NCBI GenBank assembly: GCA_038851075.1
Contig: JAWCLG010000019.1
Location: 1 to 12,804, forward strand
DNA length: 12,804 bases
Origin: Candidatus Hadarchaeales archaeon
GTDB lineage: Archaea; Hadarchaeota; Hadarchaeia; Hadarchaeales; Hadarchaeaceae
Direction: 5' to 3'
This document shows positions 1 to 8,952 of the stretch, piece after piece. Below the pieces are notes generated by a model. The model made no database searches. It worked only from the letters and a program-made list of their open reading frames with translations, and had not been told where the DNA came from. The position numbers and the translations under genes were made by a program. Positions within the stretch are counted from its first letter, which is position 1. Every line of letters starts with the position of its first letter.

Positions 1-1090
1 CGGTGGGAGTGCCATCGTAGCGGTAGGTCTTCAGCCCTCCCTCCGTATCACATATGGACCAACCCTTCAGAGGTATTGCCACAAGCGTTGGGCCCTTGGC
101 CTTGTTGACCTTCTCAGCGAAAAGCTTGCCCACTGCAGCGCTCTCTTCCTTTGTGGCCCTGACTAATGTTGAATTGGGGTTGTGAAAGTAGAACTCCCTC
201 GACCTGAACTTCTCGGGAACCGTATCCTTTGCCCAAAATTGGATCATGTCCAGACACCCCGGGACCAGCACCTGCGGCACCCCCATCTCACCTGCTGCCT
301 CCATCCTGTGGGGGCCTGCGTTTGAAAAACCTCCAACGAGCCAGTCTATAAGCTCGTGTGTTGTGACGTCAAGCACGCCGGCGACCATCCCGGCCCTCAC
401 GAGCTCTTCCAGCGTCTTTCCCCCCGTGCCCACCGCATGGAAGGATATGAACTCATATCCTTTCTCCTCAAGTATTGCTTTCGCTTTCTCTATGTGGGGA
501 GTAGTGTTTCCGTACTGGGATGCAACTATCACGGGTTTTTCCGGAGGAAATTCGGGTTTTGCATCCACCATCCCGGATATCGCAGCGGCGGCGTGGGCTA
601 GCGTGGTGGCGTTTACCTTGTTTATCCTTCCGGTCATGTCGGTTACAGACGGAAATATAGCTATGTCCTTGTGCTCAATCGATCCGGACGCCAGCTCAAG
701 GGAAGTGGTCAAAAGAACCTTCGGAATCCCCAGGGGGAGAGCCTTTTGAACCAGCACAGCTATGGATTCCCCAGTGCTGCCTCCATATCCGAGCACGCCA
801 TCAAGCTTTTTTTCCACGTACAATCGCCTTGCTATCTCGATCGCTCCCTCCGCCATTTTTTCAAGGGCAGGCTTACGTTCAAGTGATTCAACCTGATCAA
901 TCGTTGTCCCCGCCGCCCTCGCCACCTCAACATTTGAGATATCGCCGGGATCAAGGCGGGGAGAATTCCTCTTCATGCTGACGTCCATCAGGATCGCGTT
1001 GTGTCCGAACAGACGTATCTGCTTTCGTAAATAGTGGGCCTCGGCCTCCTTAGTGTTTAAAGTTCCGATTATCAAAATATTTTTTCCCAT
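1..1090 (-). CDS. Tm-1-like ATP-binding domain protein (UPF0261 family), 3' end runs off the window
   Basis: Hand translation from ATG at 1090: MGKNILIIGTLNTKEAEAHYLRK...DGVLGYGGSTGES...LPLGIPK...FHAVGTGG...GVLDVTTHE...AGPHRMEAAGEMGVPQVLVPGCLDM...YFHNP; these match UPF0261 hallmarks. Absent from the ORF track because the stop lies outside the window. Confidence 0.92.
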   Translation of the reverse strand, partial: MGKNILIIGTLNTKEAEAHYLRKQIRLFGHNAILMDVSMKRNSPRLDPGDISNVEVARAAGTTIDQVESLERKPALEKMAEGAIEIARRLYVEKKLDGVLGYGGSTGESIAVLVQKALPLGIPKVLLTTSLELASGSIEHKDIAIFPSVTDMTGRINKVNATTLAHAAAAISGMVDAKPEFPPEKPVIVASQYGNTTPHIEKAKAILEEKGYEFISFHAVGTGGKTLEELVRAGMVAGVLDVTTHELIDWLVGGFSNAGPHRMEAAGEMGVPQVLVPGCLDMIQFWAKDTVPEKFRSREFYFHNPNSTLVRATKEESAAVGKLFAEKVNKAKGPTLVAIPLKGWSICDTEGGLKTYRYDGTPT

Positions 1091-1112
1091 ATCGTTATGA
1101 CGTTGCGCCCAA

Positions 1113-1130
1113 AAAATATAAAAGTTTTGG
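1113..1130 (-). promoter_or_regulatory. BRE/TATA promoter of the Tm-1-like gene (probably leaderless mRNA)
   Basis: Minus strand CCAAAAC-TTTTATAT, about 26 nt upstream of ATG 1090; no SD sequence. Confidence 0.6.
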
Positions 1131-1157
1131 AAAACGGAACGCGCTGGTTCGGGGGAC

Positions 1158-1196
1158 AAAAAATAAAAATGGTGAGGAAGTTTACTTCTTCCTCAC
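1158..1196 (-). terminator. Hairpin plus oligo-T terminator after the TIM-barrel gene pair
   Basis: Perfect 9-bp inverted repeat GTGAGGAAG (1172-1180)/CTTCCTCAC (1188-1196) spanning the stop codon, followed on the minus strand by TTTTTATTTTTT. Confidence 0.55.
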
Positions 1197-2099
1197 GGTT
1201 TTCTTAATTGCCCTGTACTTCGGTATGAAGTCAGCCAGGGCGTTTTCGACAGGCACTCTCTCCCAAGCGGATGCTGCTTCGAATCCATCGGTCGTGGTGT
1301 GCTCAAACATGTATTTGACCGTCGGTATGTCGATGAACGGTCCACCGTGGGACAGCGATATGCACTTCGGGTTGACGGACCTGGCGGCGTCCGTGATCTC
1401 CTGAACATGTCTGCATGCCTGATCCACATTTGAAATCGGAGTTATCCAAGTGTGCGGATAACGCTTGATCGGCGGAGCTCCAACCTGTCCACCTGTTGTC
1501 CAGCCTGCATGTGGAACCACGGCGTCGGTGCCGGCGGCTGCAACGTCCTTTGCGTGGTCTGGGCTGCATGCGTACCACATCGTAAATATATCCAGATCGT
1601 TGCAAAGCTTGACAAGCTCAACTTCGCGCTTCCATCCCATGTTCAGGTGCTCCCTCAATGAGTATATCGGCGGCACGAAGCTGAGCGTGGGGAAGTTCTG
1701 GATGCCATCGTATCCTATCTCTATGACGGTCCGTATCATCCTGATAAGCCCCCTAGTGCCCTGGAACCTCGGGTCATATGCCTCCACGCCAGCTATGAGC
1801 GGGGTGTTGACAACCTGTGTCCTTATCTCCTCATACATTGGGAAGGACCAGCGGTTTGGATCTGCAAGTAGGGTCGTCGGCATGCCCCAGTGCCTCGACA
1901 GGCCAGTTTCGTATGTCACTATCGCGTCGAGCCCCATCTCCTCGGCATACTTGGCCACTATCCCGACACTGCATCCGGCGTATATTATCGGTATCCCCTG
2001 TTTTATCTGGGCCCACCACCTGTCAAGTATCTCCTTTCTCGTTGGTATCGGCTCTCCTACCGCGTCAAGTATCCTCTTCCTTTCGGAATACGAAACCAT
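1182..2099 (-). CDS. Phosphoenolpyruvate hydrolase-like / TIM-barrel signal transduction family protein, paralogue A
   Basis: RKEIL..W, PIIYAGCSVGIVAKYAE, TPLIAGV...DP, GIQNFPT, GWKREVELV, HAGWTTGG, LSHGGP, ASAWERVPVE match this family; adjacent to UPF0261 as is typical; GAGGTGA RBS. Confidence 0.88.
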   Translation of the reverse strand: MVSYSERKRILDAVGEPIPTRKEILDRWWAQIKQGIPIIYAGCSVGIVAKYAEEMGLDAIVTYETGLSRHWGMPTTLLADPNRWSFPMYEEIRTQVVNTPLIAGVEAYDPRFQGTRGLIRMIRTVIEIGYDGIQNFPTLSFVPPIYSLREHLNMGWKREVELVKLCNDLDIFTMWYACSPDHAKDVAAAGTDAVVPHAGWTTGGQVGAPPIKRYPHTWITPISNVDQACRHVQEITDAARSVNPKCISLSHGGPFIDIPTVKYMFEHTTTDGFEAASAWERVPVENALADFIPKYRAIKKTVRKK

Positions 2100-2109
2100 A
2101 TTCTCACCT

Positions 2110-3036
2110 CTATGGAGGTACCACCCTCTCTACATTGGGGTTCTTTGGATTCAGGCGCAGGCTCTTGTATTCCTTTCCAACCCTTCTGAGATGTACCTCT
2201 ATTGGCACCACGTCAATACCGTGGGATATCTCAAAGCCGTCGACATCGACGCGATCCATCACCTTCTGCACGTTCTCAGGAGTGGTCATGGGTCCTCCAG
2301 CGGCAAGAACTATCTGTTTGGGGTTAACGGTTCGGGCGGCGTTGCATATTTCCTCGATGATGCTGCAGCTCTCATCCAGAGTCTTTGGGTGCGCCCTGAA
2401 GCCTTCTGCCTCAAAATCAAATTTCACGCTTCCAGGTTCCGGTCCACCAGTGCTGAAACCATACTCCCAGCCGCAGTGGGCGATTATCACATCAGCACCC
2501 ATCTTGACGAACTCTTGGGCGTCCTCGGGCCAGAACGCGATCGCCATTGTAAATATGTCCATCTGGTGCGCCAGCTTTATCATCTCGATCTCCCTGGTAA
2601 ATCCGAATCCAGCCGCATCCCTGAGCCACCGGAGCGGCTTGTACCAGCCCCAGGTCGGATAGTTGTACACCCCATCGTATCCAGTCGAAATTGCCTTCAT
2701 GAGAAGTTTGTCCTGGTGCCTGAACAGCGCATCGTACGCCTCTATGCCCGCAACCAGCGGTATGTTATCGATTGCATTTTCCATTTCGTGGTAGACCTCA
2801 AATACGTTGCCCAGTATTTCGTTTGTTCCACCCCACCAGAAGCATGGAAGCGGGTCCGGAAGTCCCCGATATCTGAACTTGCCGCGGCTGTGCACAGTGA
2901 TAAGATCCGCGCCGTATTTCTCCGCATATTTTGCAATCATTCCGGCCGAGCAGTTAGCCACGAAGATCGGCTCGCCTTTTGTCATCCGCTTGGAAAGCCG
3001 CTCGAGAATTTGTGCCCTAGAAAACTTTGGTTTCAT
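2110..3036 (-). CDS. Phosphoenolpyruvate hydrolase-like / TIM-barrel signal transduction family protein, paralogue B (more divergent)
   Basis: FSRAQILERL, GMIAKYAEKYGADLI, IPLVAGI, GVYNYPT, GFTREIEMIKLAHQMDIFT, GADVIIAHCG, GGPMTTPE; alignable by eye to paralogue A. Confidence 0.85.
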   Translation of the reverse strand: MKPKFSRAQILERLSKRMTKGEPIFVANCSAGMIAKYAEKYGADLITVHSRGKFRYRGLPDPLPCFWWGGTNEILGNVFEVYHEMENAIDNIPLVAGIEAYDALFRHQDKLLMKAISTGYDGVYNYPTWGWYKPLRWLRDAAGFGFTREIEMIKLAHQMDIFTMAIAFWPEDAQEFVKMGADVIIAHCGWEYGFSTGGPEPGSVKFDFEAEGFRAHPKTLDESCSIIEEICNAARTVNPKQIVLAAGGPMTTPENVQKVMDRVDVDGFEISHGIDVVPIEVHLRRVGKEYKSLRLNPKNPNVERVVPP

Positions 3037-3071
3037 TTAGATCACTTTTTCCTCCTTTTTTGTGTAAATTT

Positions 3072-3226
3072 TGGCACGCCAGCAATATAAGTTTTTCGTT
3101 ACATCGTAGAAATCTTTAAACTGTTTCAATTGAAAAATTATTAGAAAAACTGTAGAAATAATAACAATCATTGAAGTTAATTGCTTAGTTTTTTTAAAAG
3201 GGTAAAATTTTTAATCTGGGACGCCA
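3072..3226. promoter_or_regulatory. AT-rich divergent promoter region with two TATA boxes, each followed by a TGG(C/G)ACGCCA box
   Basis: Minus-strand AAAAAC-TTATATTG (3083-3096); plus-strand AAAA-TTTTTAAT (3204-3215); near-identical 10-mers at 3072-3081 and 3217-3226. Confidence 0.55.
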
Positions 3227-3244
3227 CATAAAAAGTTGAATTAG

Positions 3245-4123
3245 ATGATCGGGACCATCCTAGATCTAATAATAAGCGGAATATTTCTCGGTTCCCTGTA
3301 CACCATGGTCGCCGTGGGCATGAGCCTGCTTTACGGTGTTTCACAGACGATAAACCTCGCTCATGGTGACTTTATGATAGCAGGCAGTTACTTTGCCTTC
3401 GTCTTAGTTAGCAGCATGAATCTATCGCCTTTTCTCACCATTATAACGTCAGGATGTATACTGGGACTGATTGGGGTCATCCTGTACAAATTTGTAGGAT
3501 TTTCTAGGCTGCTGAAAAAACCTGTGCATAGAAGTGAAAGGGAATTCATCACACTCCTCCTAACATTTGCTTTAATCTGGGTGCTGACCAACCTCATCGC
3601 TTGGATATTCACTGCAAATTTCCGAACATATCCGCCCCCAACGGGCTCGATAGTGATCGGAGATATAACGCTTCCTATTAGGAAGCTTGTGCCCATAATC
3701 GTGACAACTCCTCTGACTGTTGTAATCTGGTACATGGTCAAGAAGACTTGGTTTGGCCTAGGGATCAGGTGCGTATTTGATGACAACGAGGCAGCGAAGT
3801 TGATGGGAATAAGAAACCAACGGGTGCACCTGTTTATATTCCTCATATCATTCCTGCTGGCCGGGGTGGGGGGAGCGCTTTACAGCATGAACTATCCCAT
3901 CACGCCCTATCTGGGGGTGGAGTACACCATGATGGCATTTGTTGCAACTATAATTGGTGGCGTTGGTAGCATCAAGGGCGCCCTAGTGGGCGGAATGACT
4001 GTGGGGCTTGTTGAGTCCATATCGATGTTTTTCATAGCACCCCTGCTTAAGATTGCGGTTGTTTATTCCATGCTGATTATCGTGCTTCTGATAAGGCCTG
4101 CCGGGCTATTCAAGAGCATGTGA
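3245..4123 (+). CDS. livH: Branched-chain amino acid (HAAT) ABC transporter permease, LivH-like
   Basis: SGIFLGSLYTMVAVGMSLLYGV..INLAHGDF, TWFGLGIR..DD.EAAKLMGI, IIGGVGSIKGALVGG, LLIRPAGLF. Confidence 0.93.
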   Translation: MIGTILDLIISGIFLGSLYTMVAVGMSLLYGVSQTINLAHGDFMIAGSYFAFVLVSSMNLSPFLTIITSGCILGLIGVILYKFVGFSRLLKKPVHRSEREFITLLLTFALIWVLTNLIAWIFTANFRTYPPPTGSIVIGDITLPIRKLVPIIVTTPLTVVIWYMVKKTWFGLGIRCVFDDNEAAKLMGIRNQRVHLFIFLISFLLAGVGGALYSMNYPITPYLGVEYTMMAFVATIIGGVGSIKGALVGGMTVGLVESISMFFIAPLLKIAVVYSMLIIVLLIRPAGLFKSM

Positions 4124-4132
4124 GGTGGAAAG

Positions 4133-5077
4133 ATGAATCTAAGCGTTTTTGTTAGAAACCTGAAAAATCCACGGATTATCTTCATAATAGTTGCCCTCTT
4201 GGTCTCACTTCTTCTGCCAACATTTTCTCCCAGATATATCGTTCAGACATTCATAACCGTGGCACTATATGTGGCACTTGTGGGCGCCTGGAACATCCTC
4301 TCAGGATTTACAGGATATCTGTTCTTAGGGGTCTCAGCATTCTACGGCATAGGAGCATATGTTTATGCCATCATGTCTCCGCTCATGCCGTATTATGTCA
4401 CGATTCTTGTGGCTGGCGCGATATGCTTTGTCATAGCATTTCTTATCGGAATGCCGTTCCTCAAGATCAGGGGGCCATATTTTACCATAGCAAGCTATGC
4501 TTTGGTTCTCCTATTCGGAAATATAATCCTTTACTATGAGCAGGTCGTCACGAGGACAACGGGAAGATGGATATCTATGGAACATCTGTCCACGATCTAC
4601 ACTACTTTGGTGATCGTCTGCTTTTTCACGTTTCTGGTGGCATATTTAATAAAAAGATCAAAGCTTGGCTATGGGCTTTTCTGCATAAGGGGCAACGAGG
4701 ATGTGGCAAATGTGATCGGCATAAATACATTCAGGTACAAGTGTCTGGCGTTCGGCATATGCGCATTCTTCATCGGACTGATCAGCGCGGCAATAACCCC
4801 CAGAAGCGGGTATATAGACACCACCATCGTTTTTGCGACCCAGATAGCGTTTACCACGCTTGTTATGGGGGTATTTGGAGGACTGGGAAGTCTGAGAGGT
4901 GGATTGCTCAGCGCTTTTCTTATCTCTCTTTTGCTGGAGCTTTTTGCCACCAGAGGAGATCCTTATCCATTTTTGATTGGCTTGGGAATTTTGCTTTTCA
5001 TAATAATATATTTTGTGCCAAAGGGGCTTGAAAGCGTGATGGAACGCGTGGAAAAACGCCTTAAAAAGTCCGCCTAG
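4133..5077 (+). CDS. livM: HAAT ABC transporter permease, LivM-like
   Basis: AWNILSGFTGYLFLG..AFYGIGAY, LKIRGPYFTIAS, SKLGYGLFCIRGNEDVA..IGIN, PKGL; GAGGTGG RBS. Confidence 0.92.
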   Translation: MNLSVFVRNLKNPRIIFIIVALLVSLLLPTFSPRYIVQTFITVALYVALVGAWNILSGFTGYLFLGVSAFYGIGAYVYAIMSPLMPYYVTILVAGAICFVIAFLIGMPFLKIRGPYFTIASYALVLLFGNIILYYEQVVTRTTGRWISMEHLSTIYTTLVIVCFFTFLVAYLIKRSKLGYGLFCIRGNEDVANVIGINTFRYKCLAFGICAFFIGLISAAITPRSGYIDTTIVFATQIAFTTLVMGVFGGLGSLRGGLLSAFLISLLLELFATRGDPYPFLIGLGILLFIIIYFVPKGLESVMERVEKRLKKSA

Positions 5078-5078
5078 C

Positions 5079-5777
5079 CTATGCTCCAAGATAGGCCTTC
5101 TTCACAAGTGGATTCTTTTTGATCTCCTTTGCTGGTCCGTGCAGCGCTATCTGACCATGTTCCATTATATACGCATAGTCCATGATCTTTGCCACCTGGT
5201 AAAAGTTCTGCTCAACGAGGAATATCGTTTTCCCCATTTTTGAGATCTTCTTAAAGTTTTGAATGAGCTCTGTGACTATAGAAGGTTGGAGTCCTAGCAA
5301 CGGTTCGTCCATAACTAGGATGGATGGGTTCGCCATTAGCCCCCTAGCAACAGCGACCATCTGCTGCTGTCCGCCGCTCATCGTGGAAACTATCTGTTTT
5401 TTTCTCTCCTCGAGCACTGGAAATAGCTCGAACACATCCTTCAGTACGTCCATCCAATTTGACCTGTTAGTATACGCGCCCGCACGGAGGTTTTCCATGA
5501 CGCTAAGATGATCAAACAGCCTGCGCCGCTCCGGAACCAGCATCAATCCGAGCTTTACCCTCTCCTCGGGGGGCAGATGGGTTATCCTCTTGCCCTTCAG
5601 GTATATCTCACCGCTCTCGGGCACCAGCAGCCCTGCAATGTTGTTAACAAGCGTACTTTTTCCAGCACCGTTTGGCCCCAGGAGTGCAGTTATGCTTCCC
5701 TCCTTGACCTCAAGCGATACGCCGCGTAGGACCTTTATTTTCCCGTACGAGTACGATAGATCCTCTACCTTCAGCAT
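5079..5777 (-). CDS. livF: HAAT ABC transporter ATP-binding protein, LivF-like
   Basis: Walker A GPNGAGKST, VPERRRLF..LSV.ENL, signature MSGGQQQM, Walker B LVMDEP, VEQN. Confidence 0.94.
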   Translation of the reverse strand: MLKVEDLSYSYGKIKVLRGVSLEVKEGSITALLGPNGAGKSTLVNNIAGLLVPESGEIYLKGKRITHLPPEERVKLGLMLVPERRRLFDHLSVMENLRAGAYTNRSNWMDVLKDVFELFPVLEERKKQIVSTMSGGQQQMVAVARGLMANPSILVMDEPLLGLQPSIVTELIQNFKKISKMGKTIFLVEQNFYQVAKIMDYAYIMEHGQIALHGPAKEIKKNPLVKKAYLGA

Positions 5778-6506
5778 CTACTCTCGCCCCATGTATGATT
5801 CTATGACTTCCTTATTGCACGCCACCTGCTTGGGCTTCCCCGTGCATATTATCTTCCCGTTGTGCAGCACGCTTACACGGTCGGAGATGCTCATCACTGC
5901 CCTCATGACATGCTCCACCATTATCACCGTAACTCCCATTTCGTCCCTCAATTTGCCGATGAAGTCGAGCGCAACCTCTATTTCCTGAACGCTCAATCCA
6001 GCCAGCACCTCATCCAGCAGAATCAGCTTGGGCCTGCATGCGATTGCCCTAGCTATTTCGAGCCGCCTTATGTCTCCTATTGTCAGGCTTTCCGCCGGCA
6101 CGTCCGCCTTCTTTTCTAGACCAACGAACTTCAGAATCTCCACGGCTTCCTTGGTGGCTTTTTGGAGGCTGGAGGTAGAGCCTGCACCAAAAATTCTGCC
6201 GGAGATAACATTTTGCAGCACCGTCATACCGAGGATCGGTTTTGCTATCTGGAAAGTTCTGGCTATCCCTGCCCTACATATCTCGTGCTGCTTCATCTTG
6301 TCCAGCCTTTTTCCATCAAAGATAATTTTCCCATCGTCCAGACGGTATATGCCCGAGATCAGGTTGAATAGCGTTGTCTTGCCGGCTCCGTTGGGTCCAA
6401 TCAATCCCCTTATCTCACCTTTTTCAACCTCCATGTCAACTCCGGTGAGAACAACGTTTCCACCAAATCTCTTCTTTACCCCCTCGATTTTCAGTATAGA
6501 ACGCAT
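5778..6506 (-). CDS. livG: HAAT ABC transporter ATP-binding protein, LivG-like
   Basis: KRFGG, GLIGPNGAGKTTLFN, GIARTFQ, RRLEIARA, LLDE, VEHVM, C-terminal VIESYMG; stop abuts the livF start. Confidence 0.94.
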   Translation of the reverse strand: MRSILKIEGVKKRFGGNVVLTGVDMEVEKGEIRGLIGPNGAGKTTLFNLISGIYRLDDGKIIFDGKRLDKMKQHEICRAGIARTFQIAKPILGMTVLQNVISGRIFGAGSTSSLQKATKEAVEILKFVGLEKKADVPAESLTIGDIRRLEIARAIACRPKLILLDEVLAGLSVQEIEVALDFIGKLRDEMGVTVIMVEHVMRAVMSISDRVSVLHNGKIICTGKPKQVACNKEVIESYMGRE

Positions 6507-6601
6507 CTTCTCAACTCATCTGAAATACTCCATCCTTATTATCCTTTTGGTGAGAGAAAAGTAGATATCACATAAAATGTTGAATGGGGTTTGGGTAAAA
6601 T

Positions 6602-7315
6602 TTGAGGTTAAATGTAACCAATCTCGCAGACAAACGTGAGAAAATTTACGATACAGTCATCCTAGTGGATGTTCTGAGAGCCGGGACATCAATTGCTACG
6701 GCGATCGATAGCGGTTGCAAGTATATACTGCCATTCAAATCGATAAAAAACGCCGTGAGGATGAAGAAAAGATTGGGCGTTGATGCCATTCTGGTCGGAG
6801 AGCACTATGGGTTAACGCCTAGGGGATTTGATCTGAACAACTCTCCGGCGCAGCTCAGAAAAACTCCTTTGAAAGGAAAGGTGATGTGTTTCAGATCGTC
6901 CAATCTCACAAGGATTCTCGAGAGAGTAAAGCGAATGGAGGGAGTTAAAAGAATTTTGATTGGGTGCCTGGCGAATGCAAAGTTTTTGGCAGAGTACATT
7001 AAAAAAATCTCGCCGGGACAAGTTCACATAGTGATATGCGGGAATCTGACGAGACCGTTCAACCTAGAGGATTTTGTGGGGGCAGGCGCCATAGTGAGCC
7101 ATTTGAGGGGGGCCGAACTCACCGACATGGCCATGGCGGCTCTGCTCGCATATGAGAACCGGGATGCCATTAGAAGGCTGTGGGATGGAAGAACCGCAAA
7201 GCATGTGGTTGAGATCGGGTTCAAGGAAGATATGCCCCTTTGCATCAGGGAGGACTACCTAAATGTCGTTCCAATATACCGGGACGGAAAGATATTCCCT
7301 GCCACTAGAAAATAA
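6602..7315 (+). CDS. comB: 2-phosphosulfolactate phosphatase (ComB) family protein, divergent
   Basis: VILVDVLRAGTSIATA, LVGE..G..P.GFDL.NSP, GCL.NA, LEDFVGAG, GF.ED...C; TTG start. Family assignment is solid; the substrate is uncertain. Confidence 0.82.
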   Translation: MRLNVTNLADKREKIYDTVILVDVLRAGTSIATAIDSGCKYILPFKSIKNAVRMKKRLGVDAILVGEHYGLTPRGFDLNNSPAQLRKTPLKGKVMCFRSSNLTRILERVKRMEGVKRILIGCLANAKFLAEYIKKISPGQVHIVICGNLTRPFNLEDFVGAGAIVSHLRGAELTDMAMAALLAYENRDAIRRLWDGRTAKHVVEIGFKEDMPLCIREDYLNVVPIYRDGKIFPATRK

Positions 7316-7349
7316 TATATACAAAAAAGTTGAAGATGAAGGGGTTAAT

Positions 7350-7652
7350 ATGAGGTATTTGGTCCACTGGAAAATGAGGCCAGCCCCTGCCGAGGATGTG
7401 CTTAAGCTTCTGGACGATGACCTGCGGTACTGTAAAAACCTAATGAAGGAGAGAAAGCTGCTGGCGTCCTATGTTCTGGCCGGAATGCCCGAAGGTTATG
7501 AGGTGTTCGAAGTGGAGTCTAACGAGGAGATGCACAGGATAATCGCCAATGCCCCATTCGGACCATTTTTGGATTTTGAGGTCAGGCCAATAGTTGACTT
7601 TGAGTTTTCGCTCAAAACCCTGAAGGAATCCCTTCTAAGCAGAAAAAGATAA
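7350..7652 (+). CDS. Small dimeric alpha/beta-barrel protein, muconolactone delta-isomerase-like / DUF3303-like
   Basis: MRYLVHW..., GYEVFEVESNEEMHRIIANAPFGPFLDFEVRPI pattern; ATG 7350 preferred (GGGGTT upstream, no overlap with comB). Confidence 0.6.
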   Translation: MRYLVHWKMRPAPAEDVLKLLDDDLRYCKNLMKERKLLASYVLAGMPEGYEVFEVESNEEMHRIIANAPFGPFLDFEVRPIVDFEFSLKTLKESLLSRKR

Positions 7653-7661
7653 CCCGATCGT

Positions 7662-8837
7662 TCAGCTCCGTCTTCCAGTTTCCGGCAGAGCAAGGACCAA
7701 TCCGGATGAGAAAATCAGGACCACCACCAGCATCAGAATAGAGGAGGACAGGGATGAAGTCATCTCCTTCAGCTGCCCAGCGATCCATGGACCCAGTGCC
7801 CCGATGATATATCCAATCGAGATGACCAGACCGCTTGCCGCCGCTCCCCTTTCCTCACCAACAAGCTCCACCGGCAATATGAGCCCCATGATAAAAGTCG
7901 CGGTTAGCGTTATCCCTATTATCACCATCAGTGCCCAGTAGAACTCCTGAGGTCCCGTAATCATCACCGCAAAGGCTGCAGCCGCGACGATACAGCTGAC
8001 CCACATGTATGGCCTCCTGCGACCGGATCTATCGGAAAGGAACGGGATTAAAAAGACCGAGGGAATGCTCACCATGGTAACAAGGGAGGTCATGAATGCG
8101 CTGGCACTCTCGGAGATCCCCTTCTCCATGAAAAACGTTGGAAACCACCCGCTCACGACGTAGAAAGTCATGTTTCCAGCGAGACCGAAGAAAATCGCCA
8201 CAAGCCAGATATGCCTGTTTTTGAACAACCCCCACTCCAGATGCCTCTCTGTCTGAACTTCCCTTTTTCTCCCAGATGGCTCCCCTGCTAGCACCCACCA
8301 GAGCAGCGCGATCAGAAGAGCCATGACTCCCCATATATAAAAAACACCTCTCCAGCTCCCAGCATAGGGATGGATTAAGGAGGGTGTGGCCGCTAGGCCC
8401 ATGGTGCACCCTATGAAAATTCCAGTTGAGTATATCCCCGTGGGGGTCCCAACCCTGCCAAACCAAGCTTTGACCAACTTTGGGAGGTTCGGATATACAA
8501 GTCCCCAGCCGATCCCCAAAAGCAGGCTGAAGGCCAGAAGAACAAAAAAATCGCTGGAAAGTCCTCTCATGATGGAGCTCACGCTGAATATGATTCCGCC
8601 TATTCCTGCTGTCCTCTTCGACCCTACCCTATCACCGAACAGACCTCCAACGAAGGCGAAAATCGCAAGCATTATCAGCGGGGCGGATAGGACCAGGCCC
8701 GCCTGAGACGCCGTTAATCCTATCTCCTGTGAGATCTCGTTTAGGACAACTGAAGTTGACAAAACTGATGCATAAACTGAAAAAATCAGGAGCCATATAC
8801 ATGCAAGCGTCCGCCACCGTGTAATATTGCCCGTCAT
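7662..8837 (-). CDS. MFS transporter (CynX/NimT-like)
   Basis: About 12 hydrophobic segments, motif A GLFGDRVGSKR and its repeat LSDRSGRRR; start moved to ATG 8837 (TATA-like TTTTTAT about 25 nt upstream; avoids overlap with the divergent gene). Confidence 0.88.
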   Translation of the reverse strand: MTGNITRWRTLACIWLLIFSVYASVLSTSVVLNEISQEIGLTASQAGLVLSAPLIMLAIFAFVGGLFGDRVGSKRTAGIGGIIFSVSSIMRGLSSDFFVLLAFSLLLGIGWGLVYPNLPKLVKAWFGRVGTPTGIYSTGIFIGCTMGLAATPSLIHPYAGSWRGVFYIWGVMALLIALLWWVLAGEPSGRKREVQTERHLEWGLFKNRHIWLVAIFFGLAGNMTFYVVSGWFPTFFMEKGISESASAFMTSLVTMVSIPSVFLIPFLSDRSGRRRPYMWVSCIVAAAAFAVMITGPQEFYWALMVIIGITLTATFIMGLILPVELVGEERGAAASGLVISIGYIIGALGPWIAGQLKEMTSSLSSSILMLVVVLIFSSGLVLALPETGRRS

Positions 8838-8952
8838 TTGCTTATTGTAACATGAACACACATAAAAAATTTTGGTTGTGGCAACGATCAAAATCATTGC
8901 AAAAGGAGGAAAACTTTTTATGAAGATGCCCATTAAGTCAAACGGTGAAGAT

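Noticed and set aside
1465-3090. 541-aa plus-strand ORF and other long overlapping ORFs (e.g. 246-749, 1817-2662, 6028-6564)
   Set aside because: Antisense shadows of well-supported genes, with no recognisable motifs.
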